From Waterburya sp. (GTDB lineage Bacteria; Cyanobacteriota; Cyanobacteriia; Cyanobacteriales; Xenococcaceae): a DNA stretch of 64,000 bases. Below the pieces are notes generated by a model. It was not told where the DNA came from. It made no database searches and saw only the letters and a list, made by a program, of their open reading frames with translations. The translations under genes were made by a program, and so were the position numbers. The stretch's first letter is position 1, and each line of letters starts with the position of its first letter. The stretch is from positions 4,128,001 through 4,192,000 of the forward strand of contig CBDCJV010000002.1 in the NCBI GenBank assembly GCA_965217895.1. Direction: 5' to 3'. Below, one piece after another: positions 46,684 to 59,080 of the stretch.

Positions 46684-48693
46684 TTATTTATTACTTTTTC
46701 TCCCTAATAACTTATCTCGTAATTTCAAAATGCGATCGCGATATTTAGCAGCCTCTTCAAATTCTAAATCCTTGGCCGCCTGTTTCATTTTGGCTTCTAG
46801 CTGTTCTATTAAGTCAGGAATCTTTTCTAGGGGCAGATCGTAAGATTTCTCATATACTTCTTCTAGCTGTTCAGAATTCAAACGACGAGAAATATCCAGA
46901 TAAGCCAAGATCGAATTCTCTTCATTCTTGATAATTGGCTTGGGAGTAATATTATGACGCTTATTATATGCCACCTGAATATTGCGCCGTCTTTCTGTCT
47001 CTTCAATCGCCCTTGCCATACTATTAGTCAAGTTGTCAGCATACAAGATTGCCTGTCCTTGTATATGACGCGCAGCCCTACCGATGGTTTGAATAATTGA
47101 ACTTTCTGAACGCAAAAAGCCTTCTTTGTCAGCATCGAGAATTGCTACTAAAGATACTTCGGGTAAATCTAAGCCTTCCCGCAGTAAGTTAACCCCAATT
47201 AAGACATCAAACTCGCCTTTACGTAAAGCCTGAAGAATTTCGATACGTTCAATTGACTTAATCTCCGAATGCAAATACTGTACTTTTACATCTCGTTCGG
47301 CAAAATATTCGCTAAGGTCTTCCGCCATTTTCTTTGTTAGGGTAGTAATTAAAACCCGTTCTTTTTTGGCTACTCTTTCATTAATTTCGCTTAAAAGATC
47401 GTCTACCTGTCCTTCTGTAGGGCGAACCAAGATCTCAGGATCGATTACTCCTGTGGGACGAATAATTTGCTGCGCCACTCGATCTTCTGACTGTTCTAAT
47501 TCCCACTTGGCAGGAGTAGCCGAAACAAAGATGCACTGGCTCACTTTTTGCCAAAATTCATCCGCTTTGAGAGGACGATTATCCGCAGCCGAAGGCAATC
47601 TAAAGCCATGCTCAATTAAAACTTTTTTCCGCGCCTGATCGCCGTTATACATCCCCCGTAGTTGCGGTACAGTAACGTGAGACTCATCTATTACTAGTAA
47701 CCAATCGTCAGGGAAGTAATCTACCAAACATTCAGGAGGATCGCCTGGATTTTTTCCTGCTAAATGTCGAGAATAATTTTCTACGCCATTACAATATCCA
47801 ACTTCTTGTAATAGTTCTAAATCGTATCGACACCTTTGTTCTAATCTTTGTGCTTCTAATAGTTTATTATCAGTCTCAAGTTCAATTAAACGAGCTTCCA
47901 ATTCATCCTTAATATCTTGAATAGCCTTTTCTAATCTTTCTTGGGGAGTAACAAAGTGACGAGCAGGATAAATACTAACACCATTCATACTTTGCAGTAT
48001 CTCTCCCGAAACAGGATCGACATAGCGCAAAGCTTCAATCTCATCCCCAAAAAACTCAATCCGAATAATGCGATCTTCATAAGCAGGAACGATTTCTAAG
48101 ACATCTCCCTTCACCCGAAACCGCCCTCGTTCTAGTTCAATATCATTACGGGAATACTGAACTGTAACCAAATCTCGCAGTAGTTCTCGTTGATTCACTT
48201 CCATGCCTAACTTTAAAGGTACGGCTGCCTTTAAATACTCCGCAGGCATCCCCAAACCGTAAATACAGCTAATTGATGCCACCACAATGACATCTTTGCG
48301 TTCAAAAAGCGATCGCGTTGCCGAGTGACGCAACATATCAATCTCGTCGTTGATTGAGGCCGTTTTTTCAATATAAGTATCGCTAACGGGAATATATGCC
48401 TCTGGCTGATAGTAATCGTAATAGCTTACAAAATACTCCACCGCGTTATCAGGAAAAAATAGACGTAACTCGTTACACAATTGAGCAGCTAAAGTTTTAT
48501 TGTGTGCCAGAACTAAAGTCGGCTTCTGCACATTGCTAATCACGTTGGCGATCGAAAAAGTCTTACCTGTACCTGTTGCCCCTAATAAAGTCTGGAAGCG
48601 GTTGTTTGCCTGTAATGACTCCGTTAATTGCGCGATCGCACTGGGCTGATCTCCTTGGGGTTCAAAAGGTGCTTGCAGATTAAATAAGCTCAT
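46684..48693 (-). CDS. uvrB: Excinuclease ABC subunit B
   Basis: [45 protein letters not shown]-terminal UVR domain. Confidence 0.99.
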   Translation of the reverse strand: MSLFNLQAPFEPQGDQPSAIAQLTESLQANNRFQTLLGATGTGKTFSIANVISNVQKPTLVLAHNKTLAAQLCNELRLFFPDNAVEYFVSYYDYYQPEAYIPVSDTYIEKTASINDEIDMLRHSATRSLFERKDVIVVASISCIYGLGMPAEYLKAAVPLKLGMEVNQRELLRDLVTVQYSRNDIELERGRFRVKGDVLEIVPAYEDRIIRIEFFGDEIEALRYVDPVSGEILQSMNGVSIYPARHFVTPQERLEKAIQDIKDELEARLIELETDNKLLEAQRLEQRCRYDLELLQEVGYCNGVENYSRHLAGKNPGDPPECLVDYFPDDWLLVIDESHVTVPQLRGMYNGDQARKKVLIEHGFRLPSAADNRPLKADEFWQKVSQCIFVSATPAKWELEQSEDRVAQQIIRPTGVIDPEILVRPTEGQVDDLLSEINERVAKKERVLITTLTKKMAEDLSEYFAERDVKVQYLHSEIKSIERIEILQALRKGEFDVLIGVNLLREGLDLPEVSLVAILDADKEGFLRSESSIIQTIGRAARHIQGQAILYADNLTNSMARAIEETERRRNIQVAYNKRHNITPKPIIKNEENSILAYLDISRRLNSEQLEEVYEKSYDLPLEKIPDLIEQLEAKMKQAAKDLEFEEAAKYRDRILKLRDKLLGRKSNK

Positions 48694-48851
48694 TGAGAAG
48701 ATATATTTATACAGTCACATTCTTTAAAATAACGCAAATATCGGTATTAGTTCATTTGTTTTAAATTCAGAAACTATAAAATTAAAACAGTAAGCTGAAT
48801 ATCCTGATTAATCATGCCTGTAGTCAGTTTCATATCTAAATGCACTATAGT

Positions 48852-49742
48852 TCACTTAGTTTTATTTATACTGCTTCGTATAGCTTGAGTTAGCAAATCT
48901 ATCGCCAACCCAGGCAATCTTTTTTCTGGTGAGGCTGCTATGCCAACAGGTAATTCTAAATTCAGATTATTAATAGTTTTGACAACGGTGTTACGAGGTG
49001 GAGGGACAAGAACAGCTAGTGGCATGACTCCAATCCCTAAACCTGATTCAACCATACTTTGTAGAGCTTTTAAACTCATAATTTCTATCACAGAATGGGG
49101 ACTGACACCGCAGGATATAATTTCTTTTTCAAAGATTTGTCGGTAAGGACAATTAGCTTCTGTCAGTAGCAAACGTTCTTCAGATATGTCTGTTACTTCA
49201 ATCGTCTTTTTTTGACTTAGATAATGCTCTGCTGGAATTAACAACCTCATAGAGTCGTAAAACAACCTTTCAAAGCTTAAACCCAATTTTGTATCAGGGG
49301 GCGAACAGATAGCTAAGTCTAATTTACCCTCTGTAAGTCGCTGGCTAATAGTTTGAGTCACACCTGTTTCTAAGGTTAAACGTACATTGGGGTATTGACG
49401 ACAAAAAGATACTAATAAAGAAGGCAATCTTAGACTGGCAACAGGTTCTATCGAGCCGATACGCAGATGTCCAGCTTCTCCTGCAACTAATTCAGACATT
49501 TCTTTTTGCAACATTTCTGCACGGTGTAACAAAAAACTTGCATGAGTACTTAATGCTCTACCAGCCGTTGTCAGCTGAACTTTTTTGCCTCGACGTAAAA
49601 ACAATTTTGCGCCTAATTCAGTTTCTAATTGTTGAATATGCAGTGTAATAGTTGATTGCGCGTATTGAAGTTTTTCGGCTGCGTTTGAAAAGCTTCCTAC
49701 TTCCATAATTGTCTGAAAAGTTTGTAGATGACGAAATTCCAT
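48852..49742 (-). CDS. LysR-family regulator
   Basis: GSFSNAAEKLQYAQSTIT.HIQQLE.ELG.KLF.R HTH; divergent from the cupin gene. Confidence 0.95.
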   Translation of the reverse strand: MEFRHLQTFQTIMEVGSFSNAAEKLQYAQSTITLHIQQLETELGAKLFLRRGKKVQLTTAGRALSTHASFLLHRAEMLQKEMSELVAGEAGHLRIGSIEPVASLRLPSLLVSFCRQYPNVRLTLETGVTQTISQRLTEGKLDLAICSPPDTKLGLSFERLFYDSMRLLIPAEHYLSQKKTIEVTDISEERLLLTEANCPYRQIFEKEIISCGVSPHSVIEIMSLKALQSMVESGLGIGVMPLAVLVPPPRNTVVKTINNLNLELPVGIAASPEKRLPGLAIDLLTQAIRSSINKTK

Positions 49743-49862
49743 CGGTAATTCTTTATCAGTAAAAATGAATTAAAACTGCATTTATTATATATTTACAAAT
49801 AAAAGACTTGAATTTACGATTATGAATAAGTTGAGAATATGTATTAAATCTAAGCAAAATTC

Positions 49863-50183
49863 ATGAACAATATCGAAAAGCTATTTTTCGCTAACTGGAA
49901 ACAGCAACCAGCGCAAGAAATATTTCCTGGTATTCAAGTTTATTCAATGTGGCAAGGAATAAACTTGAAAAAAGCTTTGGTCGTAACAATTGAAGCAGGT
50001 AGTAAGTGGCAAGGTGTAGATATCCACAAAACTAGTTCAGAAGAGATTTTTGTTGTTAGCGGTACATTTAATGATGGCGATCGCAACTATGAAGTTGGTA
50101 CATTTATTCACTATCCAGTAGGCACTAGTCACATACCACAGTCAGACACAGGATGCACTCTTTTTGTTTTTTATCCTGATTAG
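49863..50183 (+). CDS. Small cupin (ChrR-like)
   Basis: DIH..SSEEIFVVSGTF.DG, HYPVGTSHIPQS.TGCTLFV. Confidence 0.8.
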   Translation: MNNIEKLFFANWKQQPAQEIFPGIQVYSMWQGINLKKALVVTIEAGSKWQGVDIHKTSSEEIFVVSGTFNDGDRNYEVGTFIHYPVGTSHIPQSDTGCTLFVFYPD

Positions 50184-50277
50184 AGTTTAGCTGGCACTCT
50201 AAGGTTATATTTTTTTCTTAAGGTGATCGCTCTATTTAATCGATCCTACTCCTTGGTTAAAAGCTGATAGCTAAGAA

Positions 50278-51534
50278 CTAAGAGCTTTCTAATGCTGCAT
50301 CAGCTAAAACATTTTGCTTTGAAGTCAACAATTTTACTGCTTCTTGGTATTGCTTGTCTGCGTCTGTGGCAATTTGCGCGTAGGTAATCGGGTTTTGTGA
50401 TATGACATCGTCAGGCATAATTCCCAATTTATTGATATCTGTGTGGTTAGGAGTCTCATACTTAGCCACTGTTACGGCTAATCCTGCGCCATCAGGTAAT
50501 TCAAACAAAGATTGAATTAAACCTTTGCCAAAAGTTTTCTCACCTACCAATAATGCTCTCTCATTGTCTTGTAAAGCTCCTGCCAAGATTTCGCTAGCAC
50601 TGGCAGTACCTTGATTAACCAAAACCACTAAAGGAGCATCCGTCAGCATTCCGTCATTGGCATCAAAGCTGCCCAAGGCTCCTTGGCGGTTGACTGTATA
50701 GACAATAGTGCTATTGTTCAACCACATTCTGGCAATTTCAACCCCTGACTGTAACAAACCTCCAGGATTATTCCTTAAGTCTAAAATATAAGCTTCTGCA
50801 CCTTGTTTCTCTAATTTGCTAACTCCATGAGCAATTTCTTTGGCTGCATTGGCACTAAATTGATTGAGACGAACATAGCCAATTTTTTCATCGGTGCTGG
50901 TATCTAAGGCAGTGAAGACAGGATTAAGAGAAATGCGATCGCGTACTATATTTACAGTATGGGGTTTAGTAGCCTTATCCAAACCAGACTGCACCCGCAG
51001 GGAAACTTTAGTGCCAATAGCACCACGCATTTTTGCTGCTGCTTCATCTAGAGTAATAGTTTTGGTGTCAACTCCATCAATTTCTAAAATGCTATCTTTT
51101 GGTTGAATTCCTGCTGTTTCGGCAGGAGAGCCAGCCAAGGGAGAAATAACTTCAATCAGCTTGGTTTCGGGATTGACGTTGATCTGTAAACCAACTCCAG
51201 AAAGTTCTCCTGAAGTATTAACCTGTAAACTATGATATTGCTCTGGTCGTAGTAGTCTAGTAAAAGGATCGTCCAATTTAGCCAGCATCTCTTCGATCGC
51301 CGTATAAGTTTCGTCGCGATCACGTAGGGGCTTTTTAACAAATTTTTCCCGTAGCTTCCACCAATTTTGATGGTTGAAGCTTTCATCTACATATGACTGG
51401 TTGACAATCCGCCAAGACTGAAGCAGTAACTTTTGCTCTTCGGTAAAAGCTTGAGCCTGAGAAGTGTACCAGCCAAAAGAAGACACGAAATAGAAAAATG
51501 TTAGTAAGGCGATCGCAAAAACTTTTTTGACCAT
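50278..51534 (-). CDS. ctpA: C-terminal processing protease (S41)
   Basis: LDDPFT, PDZ SGVGLQI, LDLRNNPGG, TASASEI, TFGKGLIQ; divergent from petB. Confidence 0.92.
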   Translation of the reverse strand: MVKKVFAIALLTFFYFVSSFGWYTSQAQAFTEEQKLLLQSWRIVNQSYVDESFNHQNWWKLREKFVKKPLRDRDETYTAIEEMLAKLDDPFTRLLRPEQYHSLQVNTSGELSGVGLQINVNPETKLIEVISPLAGSPAETAGIQPKDSILEIDGVDTKTITLDEAAAKMRGAIGTKVSLRVQSGLDKATKPHTVNIVRDRISLNPVFTALDTSTDEKIGYVRLNQFSANAAKEIAHGVSKLEKQGAEAYILDLRNNPGGLLQSGVEIARMWLNNSTIVYTVNRQGALGSFDANDGMLTDAPLVVLVNQGTASASEILAGALQDNERALLVGEKTFGKGLIQSLFELPDGAGLAVTVAKYETPNHTDINKLGIMPDDVISQNPITYAQIATDADKQYQEAVKLLTSKQNVLADAALESS

Positions 51535-51996
51535 GAGAAAATTTTGGGGTTACATCTTAGATTATTTTAATTTATAAAATCTTAATTAATTGTTACGCAA
51601 AAACTAAAAATTTTTTGACCAGCGCGCAAGCTTCGACAGTATATTTTTGGGATACACTGGTTATCCTGCCCTAAATATGGCGTATAATACGATAATAAAT
51701 AAAGCCACCATAGCTTAAAGCTATGTTACATTTTTTAAAGAGGTGAGAACCATTTTATTTATGAGTTCTTTCCCCTGATGGACTTAAACAATAGATATAC
51801 CTATTTGTGCCGTTTGCCTTTGTGCAGCAAGGCTTTGAAAAAGTTGGCACTCTTTTATCTGAAGGCTTGATGGCAGTCTCGCGTATCCACAGGTTCAAGC
51901 AAAGTAATCTTGAATTGTAAAGATAGCTAAGACTCAAAATAAGCTAATTCGGTAAAATCATCCACAATTATTTTTGTTAGCTAATTTATAGGCTTC

Positions 51997-52665
51997 ATGT
52001 TTTCTAAACAAGTAACAGATTCAAAAACTTTTCAGTGGTTTGATGAGCGTCTAGAAATTCAAGCAATTTCTGACGACATCACCAGTAAGTACGTGCCACC
52101 TCATGTAAACATTTTTTACTGCTTGGGCGGTATAACTCTAGTCTGCTTTCTAATTCAGTTTGCGACTGGATTTTGCATGACTTTCTACTACAAACCCAGT
52201 GTAGCTGAGGCTTTCACTTCAGTTGAATATCTGATGAACGAAGTCAGCTTTGGCTGGTTAATTCGTTCTATCCATCGCTGGTCAGCCAGCATGATGGTTC
52301 TTATGATGATTCTTCATACTTTCCGCGTCTATCTTACAGGTGGTTTCAAAAAACCCCGTGAGTTGACCTGGATTACTGGAGTAATCATGGCTGTAATTAC
52401 AGTAAGCTTTGGCGTTACTGGTTATTCTCTTCCTTGGGATCAAGTTGGCTATTGGGCTGTAAAAATTGTCTCTGGTGTACCAGCAGCAATTCCCGTTGTC
52501 GGCGACCAAATGGTCGAACTGTTGAGAGGTGGCGCAAGTGTTGGTCAAGCTACATTAACTCGTTTTTATAGCTTGCATACCTTTGTTTTACCTTGGTTAA
52601 TTGCAGTGTTTATGCTGCTACACTTTTTGATGATTCGCAAACAAGGAATTTCTGGTCCTTTGTAA
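51997..52665 (+). CDS. petB: Cytochrome b6
   Basis: [43 protein letters not shown]. Confidence 0.99.
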   Translation: MFSKQVTDSKTFQWFDERLEIQAISDDITSKYVPPHVNIFYCLGGITLVCFLIQFATGFCMTFYYKPSVAEAFTSVEYLMNEVSFGWLIRSIHRWSASMMVLMMILHTFRVYLTGGFKKPRELTWITGVIMAVITVSFGVTGYSLPWDQVGYWAVKIVSGVPAAIPVVGDQMVELLRGGASVGQATLTRFYSLHTFVLPWLIAVFMLLHFLMIRKQGISGPL

Positions 52666-52802
52666 ACTAGAAATCATTACTTTGTCAGAGGTTTTAATCA
52701 GCGGTAGCTGATAGATTTCGATTAAAATTGCAAGTAAATTGTATCTAAGCTAGATAAATTATTTCAATTAGCTGATTCCCAAGAAAATTAGGAGAAAAAA
52801 CT

Positions 52803-53285
52803 ATGTCCACTTTAAAAAAGCCCGATCTCAGCGATCCCGCTTTACGCGCTAAGTTGGCTCAAGGTATGGGTCACAACTACTATGGTGAACCTGCTTGGCC
52901 CAATGATTTGCTATATATATTCCCCGTAGTTATTTTAGGAACTATTGGTTTAACCGTAAGTTTAGCTGTCCTCGATCCTGCCACGATTGGCGAACCTGCT
53001 AATCCTTTTGCTACTCCTCTGGAAATTTTACCTGAGTGGTACTTGTATCCTGTATTCCAAATTTTGCGTGTAGTTCCTAGTAAACTATTAGGAATTGCTG
53101 CTCAAACAGCCGTACCTCTAGGGTTGATGTTAATTCCTTTCATCGAAAACGTTAACAAGTTCCAAAATCCTTTCCGTCGCCCTGTAGCTACTAGCCTATT
53201 CATATTTGGAACTTTGGTAACTATTTGGTTGGGAATTGGTGCGACCTATCCCATCGACGAATCCTTAACTTTAGGCTTGTTTTAA
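52803..53285 (+). CDS. petD: Cytochrome b6f subunit IV
   Basis: [34 protein letters not shown]. Confidence 0.99.
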   Translation: MSTLKKPDLSDPALRAKLAQGMGHNYYGEPAWPNDLLYIFPVVILGTIGLTVSLAVLDPATIGEPANPFATPLEILPEWYLYPVFQILRVVPSKLLGIAAQTAVPLGLMLIPFIENVNKFQNPFRRPVATSLFIFGTLVTIWLGIGATYPIDESLTLGLF

Positions 53286-53335
53286 ATCCTAGTTAACTAT
53301 AGGCTATAGGTTTGATTCAAGTTTTAGTTAAGTTT

Positions 53336-53407
53336 GCGAGATATAGTATTTCGTTATTCATCATTTTTCATTTTTGTTATGAAGAGTAACGATTGATTGT
53401 ATCTCGC
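53336..53407 (+). other. Long 3' stem-loop after petD
   Basis: gcgagatatagt/attgtatctcgc and tcgttattc/gagtaacga nested stems with G-U pairs on +. Confidence 0.55.
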
Positions 53408-53534
53408 TGTTTAATTTAGTAACGCAATTTCTGAGAGATTGTCGTAACTTATAATTTATTGGTATCATGAATTGATTGAGGAGTTGATAGCTAAAATTAC
53501 ACCTCTTCACCTGCATACTAATTAGAGAAGAAAG

Positions 53535-53560
53535 GAAGTGGGGACAGCCCGCTTTTTTTT
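53535..53560 (+). terminator. rimP leader attenuator-type terminator
   Basis: AAGTGGG-gacag-CCCGCTT followed by a T run, upstream of rimP-nusA. Confidence 0.75.
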
Positions 53561-53626
53561 GTTGTCTAAATTAAATAAACAATTCCAACTCAAGCAAAGT
53601 TGGCTGACGACAACCTTTTCCTCAAC

Positions 53627-54085
53627 ATGACTCATCCTGTTGTTCTCCAAATTATTGAACTAGCATCTCCCCTAGCTGAAGAACTCAATCTAGAGTTGGT
53701 TGATGTGGTTTTTCAAACAAATAAAAACCCACCTATTTTAAGAATAGATGTTCGCAATCCTAATACAGATACTAGTTTAGAAAATTGCGAACAAATGAGC
53801 CGTATTTTAGAAGAGAAACTGGATCTTGCTGAAATTGTTCCTGGAGCTTATGTTCTAGAAATTTCTAGCCCTGGTATTTCTCGTACTTTAACTACAGAGC
53901 GAGAATTTGTGGCATTCAAAGGTTTTGCTGTCAAGATTAATACTTTTGCTCCTTACAAAAATCATAAACAATGGCAGGGAAGACTACAGCATAGAGACGA
54001 AGCAGCAGTTCATATCAATAAAAAAGGAAAAGCGATCGCCATTCCCCGTAATTTAATCGCCAAAGTAGAGCTTGACGATGAATAA
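53627..54085 (+). CDS. rimP: Ribosome maturation factor RimP
   Basis: MTHP start, LENCEQMSR, YVLEISSPGISR.L. Confidence 0.95.
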   Translation: MTHPVVLQIIELASPLAEELNLELVDVVFQTNKNPPILRIDVRNPNTDTSLENCEQMSRILEEKLDLAEIVPGAYVLEISSPGISRTLTTEREFVAFKGFAVKINTFAPYKNHKQWQGRLQHRDEAAVHINKKGKAIAIPRNLIAKVELDDE

Positions 54086-54161
54086 CTTAGCCAACTTTAA
54101 CAATCTAGGTTAATCACAATTATAGTCTTAATCTAAATTTTACTATTAGGAGTACTAAAAT

Positions 54162-55508
54162 ATGACCTTAGTCAGTTTGCCTGGTCTGAGGGCAACAATC
54201 GCCGAAATCAGTCAACGATACAATTTACCCGATAGTGCTGTTGAGGAAGCTTTAAGAGAAGCTTTAGTTAAGGGCTACGAAAAGTTTCGCCGTTCTAAAA
54301 GCCGTGATGAAGAATTTAGTGAAGAATATTTTGAAAATTTTAATGTTCAGTTAGATACAGAAGACGAAGGATTTCAAATTCTGACTACCAAAGTCATTGT
54401 TGACGTTAGTAAAGACCAAATTGAAGATCGGGATCATCAAATAGCTTTGAGTGAAGTACAAGAGCAGGTTGATGACTCAGAAATTCAGGTAGGAGACTCA
54501 GTGTTAGTTGATGTCACTCCCGAACAAAAAGATTTTGGTCGCATGGCAGCAATTCAAACTAAACAAGTCTTATTACAAAAATTACGGGATCAGCAAAGAA
54601 AACTTATTCAAGAAGAATTTGAAGATTTAGAAGATACAGTTTTACAGGCACGAGTAGTCCGTTTTGAACGTCAGTCAGCTATTGTTGCGGTTACTAGCGG
54701 TTTAGGACAGCCAGAGGTAGAAGCTGAATTACCTAAAAGAGAGCAACTGCCCAATGATACCTATCGTTCCAACACCACCTTCAAAGTATATTTGAAAAAA
54801 GTCAGGGACACGCCCAATCGTGGTCCTCAGCTAATGGTTTCTAGGGCTACGGCGGGTTTAGTTGTTGAACTGTTTAGCAATGAAGTTCCCGAAATTGAAG
54901 AAGAAATTGTCCGTATTGTGGCTGTGGCAAGAGAAGCTCATCCTCCATCACGTCATGTTGGGGTACGTACCAAAATAGCTGTAGATACCTTAGAACGAGA
55001 TGTCGATCCTGTAGGAGCTTGTATTGGTGCTAGAGGCTCAAGAATTCAGGCAGTAGTTAATGAGCTTAGAGGCGAAAAAATTGATGTGATCCGCTGGTCT
55101 CCTGACCCAGCTACTTATATTGCCAATTCTCTAAGTCCTGCCAGAGTAGATCAGGTGGTTTTAGCAAATACTGAAGAAAAGCAATCTGTGGTTTTGGTAG
55201 CTGAAGACCAACTAAGTTTAGCAATTGGTAAAGAAGGACAAAATGTTCGATTGGCAGCTAGACTTACAGGCTGGAAAATTGATATCAAAGATGTTGATAA
55301 ATTTGATGAGGAAGCTGAAATGGCGAAATGGGCTGCCCAGGCAGAGGCAGCTAAGGCAAGGACAGCAGAACTTGCTGAAGAAGAAGTAGAGGAAGTAGAA
55401 GTAAAGCTAGCAGAATCTGACCCCGAGGCAGAAACGATTACCGAGTCTGCGTCAGAAGAAGATTTAGCAACTCAACCAGCAGAAACAGAAATAGAAGAAG
55501 AGGACTAG
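54162..55508 (+). CDS. nusA: Transcription termination factor NusA
   Basis: [51 protein letters not shown]. Confidence 0.98.
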   Translation: MTLVSLPGLRATIAEISQRYNLPDSAVEEALREALVKGYEKFRRSKSRDEEFSEEYFENFNVQLDTEDEGFQILTTKVIVDVSKDQIEDRDHQIALSEVQEQVDDSEIQVGDSVLVDVTPEQKDFGRMAAIQTKQVLLQKLRDQQRKLIQEEFEDLEDTVLQARVVRFERQSAIVAVTSGLGQPEVEAELPKREQLPNDTYRSNTTFKVYLKKVRDTPNRGPQLMVSRATAGLVVELFSNEVPEIEEEIVRIVAVAREAHPPSRHVGVRTKIAVDTLERDVDPVGACIGARGSRIQAVVNELRGEKIDVIRWSPDPATYIANSLSPARVDQVVLANTEEKQSVVLVAEDQLSLAIGKEGQNVRLAARLTGWKIDIKDVDKFDEEAEMAKWAAQAEAAKARTAELAEEEVEEVEVKLAESDPEAETITESASEEDLATQPAETEIEEED

Positions 55509-55614
55509 GTAATTTGTATTTATGCGGTCATAGATTATAACCATAACTATAACCGCGCAAAAAACTATAGCCCGTGCAATAGGCAAAAGCAAAATATTCG
55601 ATAAAAGCAAAAGT

Positions 55615-55863
55615 TTGAAGCAGATTAATGAGCGTCGATGTGTTAGCTGTCGTCGAGTAGCATCCAAAGAATCATTTTGGCGAATAGTTCGCCTACACCG
55701 AAACCATCAAATTCAGTTGGATAGAGGCATGGGGCGTTCGGCTTACCTGTGTTGCAATATTAAATGTTTAAATCAAGCTAAAATTAAAAACCGTTTAAGT
55801 AGTTCTTTAAGAACAAAAGTACCTGAAGGTATTTATCAAAAATTACAAGAACGTTTAAGCTGA
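55615..55863 (+). CDS. ylxR: YlxR-family RNA-binding protein
   Basis: RRCVSCR, GMGRSAYLC; between nusA and infB. Confidence 0.9.
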   Translation: MKQINERRCVSCRRVASKESFWRIVRLHRNHQIQLDRGMGRSAYLCCNIKCLNQAKIKNRLSSSLRTKVPEGIYQKLQERLS

Positions 55864-56122
55864 TAATATTAATGTCAGAAAATAAATACCAAACTTTTTT
55901 AAACTTAAACTTAAAATCACCTAAACAATCTGATATTTTTCTCTAAAATAGAGCTATGAGGTAATTTTCTTTAGACTTAAAGACTTGTTCAGTATCATTC
56001 TATATTTAGATTTTATTTGATAGAGTCATAAAAGTTAGATTAGCAATCTTGGAAACATGAAAGACTACATGGATAAACAAATGGTCAAATAAACACAAAC
56101 AGTTAACAGAGGGGCATAGTGG

Positions 56123-59080
56123 ATGAACGGCAAAGTAAGAATATACGAACTATCGAAAGAATTAAATTTGGACAACAAAGACATTAAAGAAATTTGCGAA
56201 CAGCTTAACATTGCAGTTAAAAGTCATAGCAGCACAATTACAGCATCTCAAGCAGAAAGAGTAAAAGCAATGGCTGCAAAATCCCCTCTTGCTGAAAAGA
56301 CAACAAATAGCCCAAAAAAAGAAGCAAAACCACCAAAAGCACCAGGGAAGCGCAAGCAGCAAATCTTGGCTATTCATCATAATAGGGGTGAAGCTCCTGC
56401 TTCCTTTCAAAATAACAATTCTAATGGTGGAACATCTTCAAAATTGGTATCTCCACCCAGCAGACCAGGATCCTCAACTTCAAAAACATCTCAATCAGAA
56501 TCTTTGGTATCACCAAAATCTGCTCAATTTAGAGAGCCTGATTCCAATCGTCATGAGCTTAAACAATCTTCTCGAAGAGAACAAAATAACTTAGACTTTA
56601 CTTCTAAATCAGCGGCAGCTAAACCGCCTCGATTAGTTACGCCTCCTGCTCGCGCCCAGGAGAACAAGGCGAAAAATTCTGGTTCTGTTCCCTCACCTGT
56701 TAAGCCTAAAATAAAAATTACGGAGCAACCTCAAAGTAAGCAAGAAGGAGAGAAAGAGAAAGAGAAAGAGAAAAAGAAAAAGGTTATTCCTGCTCTGCCT
56801 AAGTTGAATCAAAGACCTCAAAAAGCGGAAATAGCGAGCAAAGCCAAAACAACACCAGATGAAGATCTTGATGATAGTCTCGCTATTGACTTGCCTGATG
56901 ATAATGAGATTGATAATGATGAGATTATCAAAAAAACTGAAGTTAAAAAGGTTACTAGACTCAAGCGTCCAACTCCCCCTCGCAAAGTAAAAGAATGGGA
57001 AAACGAAGAGGAGGATGAAGGAAAACAAAAGGCTGGAAAAGCAAAAGCTAGTAAAAAGCGTCGTGGAATCAAACCTTTGTTGGATGATGATGACGATTTT
57101 GATTCTGATTCTAATGCAGTTCAAGTTAATAAAGCCTTTAGTTTGTCTACGGCGCGTCCAGCCAAGCCAAAATCTATGCAGCAAGAACAGCCTGCTGCCA
57201 GCGTCAACAAAAAACCTCGCAAGCCATCATTCAAGACAGAGAAAACTCAAAAAACTGAGCGTCAGTCAAAAAATAAAGCTGTTACGCCAACTTTACCTGA
57301 GATAATTACTTTATCCGATAATTTGACCGTCAGAGATCTATCCCAAAGACTTAATACACCAGAAACGGACATTATTAGAAGCTTATTCTTCAAAGGAATA
57401 GCGGTCAATATTACTCAAACTTTAGATTTAGAAACGGCTCGTTCAGTAGCTGAGGAGTTGGGGGTAATTGTAGATACTCCTGAAGAAAAATCAGCAGCTA
57501 CTAAAGATACAGAAATGTTAGATGCTAATGATTTAGAAAATCTTCAGCCTCGCCCACCTGTAGTTACAATCATGGGTCACGTAGACCACGGTAAAACCAC
57601 TCTGCTTGATTCAATTCGCAAAAGCACCGTAGCTTCGGGAGAAGCAGGGGGGATTACCCAGCATATTGGGGCATATCATGTTGATGTAGAACATAACGGT
57701 AGTAATCAGCAAATTGTCTTTTTAGATACTCCTGGTCACGAAGCCTTCACAGCAATGCGTGCTAGAGGCACGAGAGTGACGGATATAGCTGTTTTGGTAG
57801 TGGCTGCTGATGATGGAGTACAGCCTCAAACCAAAGAAGCTATTAGCCATGCTAAAGCTGCTCAAGTGCCGCTCTTAGTAGCTATTAATAAAGTAGACAA
57901 GCCAGAATCTAACCCCGATAGAATTAAACAAGAACTAACAGAACAAGGATTAGTTCCTGAAGATTGGGGTGGCGACACCACTATGGTTGAGGTAAGCGCG
58001 CTTAAGGGAGACAACTTAGATGAACTAATGGAGATGATCCTTTTATTAGCTGAGGTTGAAGAGCTTTCGGCTAACCCAGACCGTCCTGCTAAAGGAACAG
58101 TGATTGAAGCCAATCTCGATCGCAATCGTGGTCCAGTTGCTACACTTCTAGTTCAAAACGGTACTCTACGAGTAGGAGACAGTATTGTTGCTGGTTCTGT
58201 ATTGGGCAAAGTTAAAGCTATGGTTGATGATACAGGGAATAAAATAGAAGCAGCAACGCCATCATTTGCTGTTGAAGTCTTAGGACTTAATGATGTTCCT
58301 GAAGCTGGAGACGAGTTTGATATTTACCCTAGTGAAAAAGAAGCCAGAGTAGTTGCTGACCAAAGAGCGATCGCCCAACGCGATACCCGACTACTACAGT
58401 CTTTGTCATCTCGTCGAGTCAGTCTTAGTACTCTTTCCGCTCAAGCACAGGAAGGAGAGCTTAAAGAGCTAAACCTGATTATCAAAGCTGATGTTCAAGG
58501 TTCGGTAGAGGCTATTCAAGGTTCTTTACAACAGCTACCTCAAAATGAAGTTCAGATTCGCACTTTGATGGCATCTCCAGGAGAAGTAACTGAAACTGAT
58601 GTAGATTTGGCAGCAGCTAGTGGTGCAGTCATTATTGGCTTCAATACTACCTTAGCTACAGGTTCAAGACAGGCAGCCGATAGAGAAGGGGTAGACATTC
58701 GCCAATACAACATCATCTATAAGCTTTTAGATGATATTCAAGGGGCAATGGAAGGTCTGCTCGATCCTGAAGAGATTGAAGAAAGTCTAGGTCAAGTTGA
58801 AGTTCGTGCCGTATTCCCAGTTGGTCGTGGTGCTGTGGCTGGTTGTTATGTTTTATCTGGTAAAATCGTTCGTAACTGTAGGATTCGCGTTCGTCGTGGA
58901 GATAAAATAGTCCACGAAGGTGAATTGAATTCTCTCAAACGGATGAAGGATGACGCAAAAGAAGTTAATACTGGTTTTGAGTGTGGTATTGGCGCATCTA
59001 AATTCTCTGACTGGAAAGAAGGAGATATTATCGAGGCTTACGAACTAGTCTTCAAGCGTCGTACTTTAGCAACTAAATAA
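56123..59080 (+). CDS. infB: Translation initiation factor IF-2
   Basis: [42 protein letters not shown]. Confidence 0.99.
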   Translation: MNGKVRIYELSKELNLDNKDIKEICEQLNIAVKSHSSTITASQAERVKAMAAKSPLAEKTTNSPKKEAKPPKAPGKRKQQILAIHHNRGEAPASFQNNNSNGGTSSKLVSPPSRPGSSTSKTSQSESLVSPKSAQFREPDSNRHELKQSSRREQNNLDFTSKSAAAKPPRLVTPPARAQENKAKNSGSVPSPVKPKIKITEQPQSKQEGEKEKEKEKKKKVIPALPKLNQRPQKAEIASKAKTTPDEDLDDSLAIDLPDDNEIDNDEIIKKTEVKKVTRLKRPTPPRKVKEWENEEEDEGKQKAGKAKASKKRRGIKPLLDDDDDFDSDSNAVQVNKAFSLSTARPAKPKSMQQEQPAASVNKKPRKPSFKTEKTQKTERQSKNKAVTPTLPEIITLSDNLTVRDLSQRLNTPETDIIRSLFFKGIAVNITQTLDLETARSVAEELGVIVDTPEEKSAATKDTEMLDANDLENLQPRPPVVTIMGHVDHGKTTLLDSIRKSTVASGEAGGITQHIGAYHVDVEHNGSNQQIVFLDTPGHEAFTAMRARGTRVTDIAVLVVAADDGVQPQTKEAISHAKAAQVPLLVAINKVDKPESNPDRIKQELTEQGLVPEDWGGDTTMVEVSALKGDNLDELMEMILLLAEVEELSANPDRPAKGTVIEANLDRNRGPVATLLVQNGTLRVGDSIVAGSVLGKVKAMVDDTGNKIEAATPSFAVEVLGLNDVPEAGDEFDIYPSEKEARVVADQRAIAQRDTRLLQSLSSRRVSLSTLSAQAQEGELKELNLIIKADVQGSVEAIQGSLQQLPQNEVQIRTLMASPGEVTETDVDLAAASGAVIIGFNTTLATGSRQAADREGVDIRQYNIIYKLLDDIQGAMEGLLDPEEIEESLGQVEVRAVFPVGRGAVAGCYVLSGKIVRNCRIRVRRGDKIVHEGELNSLKRMKDDAKEVNTGFECGIGASKFSDWKEGDIIEAYELVFKRRTLATK

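Noticed and set aside
44957..46773. CRISPR array or prophage att sites
   Set aside because: The repeats are protein-coding uvrB tails separated by gene-sized intervals; no cas, integrase or phage genes are present.
56162..58125. Short alternative-frame and antisense ORFs within infB, and similar ones within bamA, lpxC, fabZ, uvrB, ctpA and the kinase
   Set aside because: Shadow frames of well-supported genes, with no motifs or RBS.
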